20,000 nt of DNA from an uncultured virus (IMG/VR IMGVR_UViG_3300030109_002631). Its lineage: Duplodnaviria > Heunggongvirae > Uroviricota > Caudoviricetes. The stretch covers positions 46,266 to 66,265 of IMG/VR virus record IMGVR_UViG_3300030109_002631; one strand, written 5' to 3'. Positions 1 to 6,755 of the stretch are shown in pieces. The notes below the pieces were generated by a model that worked only from the letters and a program-made list of their open reading frames with translations, did no database searches and was not told the DNA's origin. Made by a program: the position numbers and the translations under genes. Position 1 is the first letter of the stretch, and each line of letters opens with the position of its first letter.

Positions 1-115
1 ATTAATATGGCTCTATAAAGATAAGCTCTACTATGCACTTTACACTAAGCTCTTAGTTCAATATTGCATAATAGAGCTATATCTTAATATAGTAAATATA
101 GTATACACTACCCTC

Positions 116-133
116 AGTATAAAAAGCTTTGGT
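116..133 (-). promoter_or_regulatory. Putative divergent BRE/TATA promoter pointing left out of the window
   Basis: Reverse complement ACCAAAGCTTTTTATACT resembles the repeated + strand element CCAAAAGCTTTATATAG. Confidence 0.4.
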
Positions 134-157
134 CTCAGCTTATATACAACACCCACC

Positions 158-172
158 GAAACGCTTAAATAG
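158..172 (+). promoter_or_regulatory. Archaeal BRE/TATA promoter, likely leaderless transcript for ORF 193
   Basis: GAAACGCTTAAATAG; the TATA-like box ends about 21 nt before the ATG at 193. Confidence 0.6.
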
Positions 173-192
173 CGCTTCTACTCTGTGATAGC

Positions 193-405
193 ATGACTAA
201 AATCGACGCACTCGCTGATGTGCTTAAACAGCTATCCGCCAGACAGCTACAACAACTTACCGTAGCTACCCCGAACCGAGACGGTTCTCAAATCAAGGCT
301 CGTAAGATACGTGCAACTGAGACCTATTTCAGGAACGTAAGAAACAATGGATTATATCCACATAACTTCGACTCCTTTGCTCAGTTCAGAGAGGTGTTAC
401 CTTGA
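193..405 (+). CDS. Hypothetical protein
   Basis: 70-aa ORF directly after the promoter; stop overlaps the next start. Confidence 0.65.
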   Translation: MTKIDALADVLKQLSARQLQQLTVATPNRDGSQIKARKIRATETYFRNVRNNGLYPHNFDSFAQFREVLP

Positions 406-749
406 TTGACGCAGTAGGTAAGTTCAATAACTATATGACTCAGCACACAGACAGGTTACCTCTGTTGAGTGTTCAGTCAGTTGACGATAAACGCTTCATT
501 GAGTTGAGACAATTCTTAGCTCATATCTACGGAGACGTAGAAGACAATGCATGGGATGTATCAACCCATCTGTCAAAACTCTTTTCGAGTCTCAGTTCAA
601 TGGAGCAAAATGATATTAACACAATCACTAATACTTTTAAGAAGTATGAAGTGAAAGGAGAGTCAGGTGGTATAACAGGTGAGAGGACATATGGATATGA
701 CCGAAGCCGTGTTGACCGTAAACTGATAAGAAGAAGGAGACCGAACTGA
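402..749 (+). CDS. Hypothetical protein
   Basis: 115-aa ORF, TTG start preceded by GAGGTG SD, basic C-terminus. Confidence 0.65.
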   Translation: MIDAVGKFNNYMTQHTDRLPLLSVQSVDDKRFIELRQFLAHIYGDVEDNAWDVSTHLSKLFSSLSSMEQNDINTITNTFKKYEVKGESGGITGERTYGYDRSRVDRKLIRRRRPN

Positions 750-1934
750 ATGAGTAGAGGATACGCAACAGATAGACCATCCCCGTCTCAGTCCGCAACA
801 TGGTATGATGAGTGGACAGAAAGAGAAGGAGGAGATGGTAAGATATGGCACGTGAAGAGAGATTCACGTGGAACTAAGAGATGGACACGTGGAGATGCTC
901 CAGCGTGGACACATGAACTGAGAGTGGAAGACGATAAGCTTATAAAGGACCCTATAGATGGGGATACAGATATGGAAGACAAAACCGAACACAGAGGACT
1001 CGATGACCTATTCGATGTAGGAGCTGAGAGCCCCATGCCAGAAGAGGAACCAACCCCCGAAGAAGTGGTTGTAGAAAAAGACACAGTTATGACTAAGCTG
1101 AAAGGTTCAGTCAATGTGCCAGAAGAATTCAAATTCGCAGACAATATGACTTTCTATACTATGTTGAGAAACATATTTAGAGGTAAGAACATTCTCATCA
1201 CAGGACCATCAGGTTGTGGTAAGAGTAGTCTCGGTAAGATATTAGCTGACATTACAGGTAAAGAGTTTTATTCTTTTAACTTTGGTGATACTATGAATCC
1301 CTCAGCTAAACTATTAGGTGATACTAAGTATAACAAAGAAGATGGAACATGGTTCAAGCCGTCTCGGTTCGTTAAGGCTATACAAGCTGACTCGTTTATT
1401 ATGTTAGATGAGGTAACACGTGACCGAACAGGTGACTTAGCCAATATCTTAATGCCTGTCTTAGATGGACAGAAGTATTTAGCTCTCGATGAGAGTGAGG
1501 ATGCTGACTCAGTTGAGGTTGACGCACGAGCTTTCTTCTTCGCAACTGCGAATATAGGTAGAGAGTATCTCGGTGCATCACATGATTTAGATAGAGCATG
1601 GAAAGATAGATTCACTGGTGGTATATATGAATTAGATTATCTACCTATGAATAAAGAAAAAGAATTGATTATGATTAGAAGCCCTCAGTTAGATGAGTGG
1701 AACGCAGAGAAGATTGTAGACTTTGCAAAGAGAGTGCGTGACTTATACAAGTCCGACGAACTAACAACAGCCGTCTCAACTCGTATGTGTTTAGCGGTAG
1801 CTGAACTCGTAGTAGATGGGATGCCTTTGATAGATGCATTGAAACATACCTGTCTACCATTCTACCCTATTCAGGGTGGTGACGATACTGAGAGAGTAAG
1901 AATAGTTCAAGTCATTCAATCTATGGGTGACTGA
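750..1934 (+). CDS. MoxR/CbbQ/NorQ-family AAA+ ATPase (CobS-like) with N-terminal extension
   Basis: Walker A GPSGCGKS, Walker B IMLDE, sensor FFATAN, DRAWKDRF arginine-finger region, C-terminal VSTR lid; VWA partner nearby. Confidence 0.9.
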   Translation: MSRGYATDRPSPSQSATWYDEWTEREGGDGKIWHVKRDSRGTKRWTRGDAPAWTHELRVEDDKLIKDPIDGDTDMEDKTEHRGLDDLFDVGAESPMPEEEPTPEEVVVEKDTVMTKLKGSVNVPEEFKFADNMTFYTMLRNIFRGKNILITGPSGCGKSSLGKILADITGKEFYSFNFGDTMNPSAKLLGDTKYNKEDGTWFKPSRFVKAIQADSFIMLDEVTRDRTGDLANILMPVLDGQKYLALDESEDADSVEVDARAFFFATANIGREYLGASHDLDRAWKDRFTGGIYELDYLPMNKEKELIMIRSPQLDEWNAEKIVDFAKRVRDLYKSDELTTAVSTRMCLAVAELVVDGMPLIDALKHTCLPFYPIQGGDDTERVRIVQVIQSMGD

Positions 1935-2366
1935 TTGGGTTATCTTAGTTCGATAAAGACAATGGAGTATAAAATGGTAAGACGAAAAAAGAAAGTATTA
2001 AAGAGAAAGCATACATATTGGCATCAGTTAGCTAAAATAATGTTAGGCTTTGGTTTCAAACCAACTATGGTAGGACATATATTAAAAGATGTATTCCCAG
2101 AGACTGAGGTAAATGGCAGACATGTCGGTGCATACAAACGTAGACTGATACAGGATGATGAACTGATTGTGCCAGAGAAAGCAACTATGTCACGCAACGA
2201 AGCTTCTCAACTCGCACCAGAACTGGTCTCAACAGAAGACATGTTCATATACAAGTGCACAGTTGGGTCAGCTAAGAAAAGTTTAGAATGCTTTCAGTTC
2301 AAGTTTAAAGCAGAAGATGTTAGTGCAGTGGAGGAAGTAGAAGAATGGATTACGGCGATTCAGTAG
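1935..2366 (+). CDS. Hypothetical protein, possible helix-turn-helix DNA-binding protein
   Basis: Basic N-terminus followed by an HTH-like helical segment; start codon uncertain. Confidence 0.5.
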   Translation: MGYLSSIKTMEYKMVRRKKKVLKRKHTYWHQLAKIMLGFGFKPTMVGHILKDVFPETEVNGRHVGAYKRRLIQDDELIVPEKATMSRNEASQLAPELVSTEDMFIYKCTVGSAKKSLECFQFKFKAEDVSAVEEVEEWITAIQ

Positions 2367-4474
2367 ACGAGTGGGCTGAGGAAAGCGACGAAGACTACTG
2401 CTATGCATGTGATGACTGGGCTGAGGATGACGGTCATGGTAACTGTAATGAGTGTGGTGTCAGTTTCAAAACTGTAGACCCATTTATCTCACCATCAGTT
2501 GCAAAGACCTACAGTTCACCAGCACCAGCCGTCTCATCTCACGGTGATGTATGGAACAGAGGTTCCGCTTACACATGGGGCAGAGGTGCTTCATGGTGGG
2601 GTGGTTCAGGTTCAATGACCTCATCATGGGGTTGGGGTTCCTCAGTATCACACAGTGACAATACAGCTCGTATGTTAAAACATAAGAGACACTTAGATTC
2701 TCTCTGTAAAGTAGTAGACCCTAACGTAAAACATGTTCTTAACTTCTCAACTGACGGCTCGAATGTATCTAACATGAGTAAAGGAACTATCTATGTTGAT
2801 GGTTCTTTGTTAGAGAGTAATGATGATAAGTTAGATGTAGTAGCAGGTCTCTCAATTCACGAGAAGCTACACTTAGTTCATACTAAACCATTAGTTAAAT
2901 GGGAAAGAGAGTATGCAGATGATAAGATGTTGAGTCACATTGAAGAGAGGCTACTACACAATATTGGTAACATTATTGAAGATGAGTATATAGAGTCTCA
3001 GTTGGCTAAGACACATGCAGGTTATGTAAACTACATCCAGAAAGTGAAAGAACATTACTTTGAGAAACATGGACATAAGATTGAAGAATGTAAAGACCCG
3101 TTCGCAGATGTATTGAACACTCTCTTAGCGATGGTTAGATATCCTCAGTCCATAGATGCTACACGTAAAAGGAAACATGCAAAGCATATTCAGTTCTTCG
3201 GTAGAGCATTGAAGGATGGACTCAAAGACAGAGAAAGTTCTCTTCTTTGTATACGAGTATTGTATGAGTATATGCGTCAGTTAGCTGAACAACATGCAAA
3301 AGAATCTAAAGAGAAAGATGAAGAAAGTATGATGGAAAGAGCAACTGAAAAGTTAGATGAAATCATGGATTCATACAAAGAGAGTGGTGTTGAGAAAGAA
3401 ATATCAGAAAAAGATTTAGATAGGATGCTCGACCAATTACTCAAGGATGAAAAGAAAAGTGCAGAGAGGACAAGTAGGTATGGTGAACAGAGGGTTATCA
3501 GAGATGGTCTCGATTCACATCCCGTTGAACTCACTGACTATGATAAAGCTATGGGTAAGATTGACATGGACTTAGATAAAAAGATTAGAGACTTAGAAGA
3601 CAGTGACTACTCAGAAGAAAAGTGGACTGGTGACAAAGCTCTCGGTTTAAAACAAGGAACTAAAGTCACATGGAAGAACCAACGAAGTCATACAGAAAGA
3701 GAGGCACATCAATATGATGAGGCAATTACATCTATGAAAGCACCTATATCAGGTCTAAAGAGACGCATCTCTCTTTACGGTGACACTAAGGTTCACACTA
3801 TAAGAAATCAACGTAGAGGTAGATTAGATAAAAAGATGTTACATAAGATACCTCTCGGTAGAGATGACTTATTCAAAAACATTGTAGTTGACGAAGACAA
3901 ACCATTAGATGTATGTCTCTTAGTTGACGAGTCAGGTAGTATGGGTTACGGTAAAATGAAGAAAGCGAGAGAGTGTGCTATAGCATTACGAGAAGCACTA
4001 AAAGATAATCAAGCTCTCAACCTATGGGTCTTTGGACACACAGCTGACGGTTATGACTGGGATGATAAGATGGCAACCAATATGTCAGTATACTGGTCAC
4101 CTACTTACCAACAGGATTTGAAAGCTATGGGTGCTATGAGAGCACGTTCAGAGAACAGAGATGGTATGGCTATCTTAGCCTCAGCTGACAAAGTAAAGAG
4201 TGAATCACCATCAACATCAAGTAACAAACTTATGATTGTTATCTCAGATGGTGAACCCTCAGCTGATAAGTATCGTGGCTTTGAAGCAGTAGGTCATGTA
4301 TCAAAAGTAGTAAAGCACCTTGAAGGACAAGGATGGAATATAATTCAGATTGGTATTCGTGGTGCATCTACATCTATCATGGATAGAATGTTTACTAACT
4401 GGATTTATGTAGATGATGAAGCTCAGTTAGCTAACAAAGTAGGAAGAATAGTAAGGAAGGTGATTAAAGTTTGA
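2345..4474 (+). CDS. VWA-domain protein (CobT-like) with HExxH metallopeptidase-like domain and N-terminal zinc ribbon
   Basis: MIDAS DESGSM and ISDGEP; IHEKLH plus NIIEDEYIE; N-terminal CYAC...CNEC. Confidence 0.88.
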   Translation: MDYGDSVDEWAEESDEDYCYACDDWAEDDGHGNCNECGVSFKTVDPFISPSVAKTYSSPAPAVSSHGDVWNRGSAYTWGRGASWWGGSGSMTSSWGWGSSVSHSDNTARMLKHKRHLDSLCKVVDPNVKHVLNFSTDGSNVSNMSKGTIYVDGSLLESNDDKLDVVAGLSIHEKLHLVHTKPLVKWEREYADDKMLSHIEERLLHNIGNIIEDEYIESQLAKTHAGYVNYIQKVKEHYFEKHGHKIEECKDPFADVLNTLLAMVRYPQSIDATRKRKHAKHIQFFGRALKDGLKDRESSLLCIRVLYEYMRQLAEQHAKESKEKDEESMMERATEKLDEIMDSYKESGVEKEISEKDLDRMLDQLLKDEKKSAERTSRYGEQRVIRDGLDSHPVELTDYDKAMGKIDMDLDKKIRDLEDSDYSEEKWTGDKALGLKQGTKVTWKNQRSHTEREAHQYDEAITSMKAPISGLKRRISLYGDTKVHTIRNQRRGRLDKKMLHKIPLGRDDLFKNIVVDEDKPLDVCLLVDESGSMGYGKMKKARECAIALREALKDNQALNLWVFGHTADGYDWDDKMATNMSVYWSPTYQQDLKAMGAMRARSENRDGMAILASADKVKSESPSTSSNKLMIVISDGEPSADKYRGFEAVGHVSKVVKHLEGQGWNIIQIGIRGASTSIMDRMFTNWIYVDDEAQLANKVGRIVRKVIKV

Positions 4475-4572
4475 ATTGGAAAGCCCCACCACATTTAGAT
4501 GAAGCAGGTTGGTATCTACTACTGGTTTGCTTTATGGTATTGTGGATGTGGATAATCATGTTCTTTCATTAG
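4471..4572 (+). CDS. 33-aa single-pass membrane microprotein (not in ORF track)
   Basis: TTG start overlapping the VWA stop, GGTGA SD upstream; MNWKAPPHLDEAGWYLLLVCFMVLWMWIIMFFH. Confidence 0.55.
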   Translation: MNWKAPPHLDEAGWYLLLVCFMVLWMWIIMFFH

Positions 4573-4582
4573 CAGGGTGACA

Positions 4583-4651
4583 GGGAATAAGTTGAGAACC
4601 TTTTACTTCTTAGTTTCGGTCGGTTTAGCTCATATCTCTCGGCTTGTTCCC
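4583..4651 (+). ncRNA. 15-bp RNA stem with 39-nt U-rich loop (5' module of, or partner to, the large ncRNA)
   Basis: GGGAATAAGTTGAGA (4583-4597) pairs fully with TCTCGGCTTGTTCCC (4637-4651) using three G-U pairs, which work only on the + strand RNA. Confidence 0.65.
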
Positions 4652-4659
4652 CACTATAC

Positions 4660-5124
4660 GCAACGAAGACTTTGAATATTGAACTCGGAATAGATAAAGA
4701 TAAGTGATAACAGGAAGGCCACGCTTAGCCTAATCATAATGGCGGTAGTAGGACTCGAACACTTATCCTCAGTTAGGAAGCACCTCGCTTCGGAACCTTG
4801 AAAAACAGGAACTAAGCAGTGAGGTTCCCTATACTGAGTTGTATAACCCCTGTAATTGTATCGTGACTCTTTTGTCAGATGACTTTGGTTGGTTATACAA
4901 AGAAAGTCCACCTTGAGACCACGTTAAGCGAACCTCAGACAGAGCATAATGTTTTAAACTAATTGTTCTATAGCAGGTAATACCTTTTTGGGTCGGTATT
5001 GTGAAGAGAACCCAGTTGGTCGGGTTAGTGACTAAATATCTCAATGGGAGTGACACGTTCACTGATTATCAGCACACGTATTCACACACCATAAACTGAG
5101 AGCCATTCTCTCTTCGTTGCACCA
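4660..5124 (+). ncRNA. Large structured non-coding RNA of unknown class (about 460 nt; about 540 nt including the upstream hairpin)
   Basis: Terminal helix 4660-4669/5111-5120 followed by ACCA. Further helices: 4673-4679/5078-5084, 4699-4706/4760-4767, 4768-4773/4833-4838, 4777-4781/4787-4791, 4792-4800/4820-4828, 4839-4848/4891-4900, 4913-4918/5039-5044, 4941-4946/4964-4969, 4978-4984/4995-5001, 5009-5013/5022-5026. No + strand ORF of 60 aa or more in an otherwise densely coding window. Confidence 0.75.
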
Positions 5125-5138
5125 AAAGCTTTATATAG
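5124..5138 (+). promoter_or_regulatory. Archaeal BRE/TATA promoter
   Basis: AAAAGCTTTATATAG, a copy of the repeated motif, upstream of ORF 5182. Confidence 0.75.
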
Positions 5139-5181
5139 ATATTTGAAATATATTGAATTATAATAACAAGGAATTGAAAAT

Positions 5182-5619
5182 ATGCAAACATTTCTACCAA
5201 CAAAAAACTTTAGAACATCAGCCAAACTTTTAGATTACCGTCGTCTCGGTAAGCAAAGAGTAGAAGGGCTTCAGCTCATCAACTCTCTCAGTCCAGACTA
5301 CGATAAGAAAGGTTGGCTTAACCACCCAGCACGTTTAATGTGGGTTGGTTATGAGAATGCACTCAAACATTATACTAACTGTATGATAGAAGAGTGGGTG
5401 GCACGTGGTTATAACAACACGATGTCATTGTATGAAATAGAAAAGCCGATAGTATTCCCTCAGTGGTTAGGCTATCCAGAACTGCACAAGTCACATCGAA
5501 TAAACCTATTACGTAAGGATTACGACTTTTATAAACAGCACTTCGATGACGATGCACAAATGGACCTCGCAATCATAAACGAGTATGAATACTATTGGCC
5601 ACCGGAGAAAGAAAAATGA
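5182..5619 (+). CDS. Pyrimidine dimer DNA glycosylase family protein (DenV/MSMEG_6728-like)
   Basis: MQTFLP...LDYRRLGKQRVE...GWLNHPA...PQWLG...HKSHR.NLLRKD...YYWP signature. Confidence 0.88.
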   Translation: MQTFLPTKNFRTSAKLLDYRRLGKQRVEGLQLINSLSPDYDKKGWLNHPARLMWVGYENALKHYTNCMIEEWVARGYNNTMSLYEIEKPIVFPQWLGYPELHKSHRINLLRKDYDFYKQHFDDDAQMDLAIINEYEYYWPPEKEK

Positions 5620-5717
5620 TAAGAGAATTGATAGTATGGTTAGATAAGAAGTTTGGTATGAACCGAACAAAGAAACTTATGATAAGACCACGCAAATACA
5701 GAGGAAAAAAAGAATGA
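5616..5717 (+). CDS. 33-aa basic microprotein (not in ORF track)
   Basis: ATGA overlaps at both ends; MIRELIVWLDKKFGMNRTKKLMIRPRKYRGKKE. Confidence 0.55.
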   Translation: MIRELIVWLDKKFGMNRTKKLMIRPRKYRGKKE

Positions 5718-5875
5718 GTAAATACACAGATAGACTGCTCGTAGCAGTTCATGAAATAGCAGGACTGATATATTATCAGTGCCCTTTAGAGGAGCAGGAC
5801 AGATGGTTACATCAGGTAATCGAAGATGGCCTATGGATGCCAGAGGAGTTAGCAGATGCCAACAACGAAGGGTGA
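5714..5875 (+). CDS. 53-aa protein, paralog of ORF 6065-6250 (not in ORF track)
   Basis: MSKYTDRLLVAVHEIAGLIYYQCPLEEQDRWLHQVIEDGLWMPEELADANNEG; shares IAxxIYYQxPLxEQDxW with ORF 6065. Confidence 0.75.
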   Translation: MSKYTDRLLVAVHEIAGLIYYQCPLEEQDRWLHQVIEDGLWMPEELADANNEG

Positions 5876-6065
5876 AGCAATACACTTCATGAAGATTATT
5901 CATGACTACTGTTCACCTATGGTAGCACGTATGATGTTAGATGATTTAGATTTCTACATAGCAGATACGACAGGTAATGATTCTATCAAGGAATCAATTA
6001 AGATGGTGAGACGTATGGTATATGCAAAACATAACGAAGAGATTATGTTAGACGAGGAACAATAA
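5856..6065 (+). CDS. Hypothetical protein
   Basis: 69-aa ORF with GAGGAG SD; stop overlaps the next start. Confidence 0.6.
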   Translation: MPTTKGEAIHFMKIIHDYCSPMVARMMLDDLDFYIADTTGNDSIKESIKMVRRMVYAKHNEEIMLDEEQ

Positions 6066-6250
6066 TGGAAAGAGACAGAAGTAGTTTAACTACACGATTA
6101 AAACAGTTAGAAGCAGACAATGAATTGTTGAAGGATTATATAGATAACATAGCCAGTATCATATACTATCAGATGCCTTTGAAAGAACAGGACTTATGGG
6201 TAGATGATGTGGTTGATATGGGTTGGTATAACAAACCAAAGGATGAATAA
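6065..6250 (+). CDS. Hypothetical protein with N-terminal coiled coil; paralog of 5714-5875
   Basis: 61 aa, IASIIYYQMPLKEQDLW motif, TAATG coupling. Confidence 0.72.
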   Translation: MERDRSSLTTRLKQLEADNELLKDYIDNIASIIYYQMPLKEQDLWVDDVVDMGWYNKPKDE

Positions 6251-6525
6251 TGGATAAGCTTAGACCAGAGAATGAACATCTATTAGAGGAAGCGAGAGGG
6301 GATGTGTATGGAGCTGAGAGTCAGGAAAATGTAGTTATGATGTTAGCTGAACTCAGACAGGAAAACCAAACACTAAAGAATTTATTAGACCACTCACGTT
6401 TCTTTGAACAGTTTATGGCACAGGAAGATGTATCGGTTGTAAAAGAACATGATGAAGAACAACCAGAAGACCAGATAAAGGTTAACTACCACGTGTCAGA
6501 AGAGAACCCAGAGTTTGAAGAGTAA
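6250..6525 (+). CDS. Acidic hypothetical protein
   Basis: 91-aa ORF, TAATG coupling at both ends. Confidence 0.65.
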   Translation: MDKLRPENEHLLEEARGDVYGAESQENVVMMLAELRQENQTLKNLLDHSRFFEQFMAQEDVSVVKEHDEEQPEDQIKVNYHVSEENPEFEE

Positions 6526-6647
6526 TGCTAACAGATAGATACTGTAGGTTTTGTGGAAAGAGGATATCCTTAGCTGAATGGGATTTATACGGAGGACAAT
6601 GTGGAACATGCTCAGTAGGTATATTAGACATCTTAGACTTTTTCTAA
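6525..6647 (+). CDS. 40-aa zinc-finger microprotein (not in ORF track)
   Basis: MLTDRYCRFCGKRISLAEWDLYGGQCGTCSVGILDILDFF; two CxxC motifs; TAATG coupling. Confidence 0.7.
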   Translation: MLTDRYCRFCGKRISLAEWDLYGGQCGTCSVGILDILDFF

Positions 6648-6656
6648 GCTCTATTG

Positions 6657-6674
6657 AGAAAGCTTTATATATCT
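6657..6674 (+). promoter_or_regulatory. Archaeal BRE/TATA promoter
   Basis: AGAAAGCTTTATATATCT, identical 18-mer to 10337-10354. Confidence 0.8.
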
Positions 6675-6755
6675 CCCTATAATATATTAATATAGCACTG
6701 CTAAATAATGCGTAATGCATAACATAGTGTTAACAATATTTAGCGAGGTAATGCT

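Noticed and set aside
750..4474. Cobalamin-biosynthesis auxiliary genes (cobS/cobT)
   Set aside because: Viral MoxR/VWA pairs are often labelled CobS/CobT, but there is no cobN or other cobalamin gene here; a generic chaperone pair is the supportable call.
4711..4730. SRP RNA helix-8-like CAGG-AAG...CTT-AGC
   Set aside because: No GNRA tetraloop, AGCC rather than AGCA, and the overall architecture is not the SRP rod.
4740..4760. tRNA-like 3' half on the - strand (GTTCGAGTCCTACTACCGCCA)
   Set aside because: The 5' side of the T-stem (AAGTG) does not pair with CCTAC, and no matching acceptor 5' strand, D-arm or anticodon arm lies upstream. It is not a tRNA; an attP remnant cannot be excluded but is unsupported.
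4901..4912. RNase P RNA suggested by GAAAGTCC
   Set aside because: The motif sits mid-molecule rather than near the 5' end, lacks the preceding GAG, and I found no complementary CR-V/P4 strand near the 3' end.
4654..5062. Minus-strand ORFs 4654-4911 and 4829-5062
   Set aside because: Opposite to all credible genes, no recognisable motifs, and the + strand RNA pairing explains the region better.
4660..5124. tmRNA or group I/II intron identity for the large RNA
   Set aside because: No alanine-type acceptor (GGGG start, G3-U70) or T-arm, no interrupted gene on either side, and no group II domain V or group I core that I could recognise by eye. An Rfam search is still needed.
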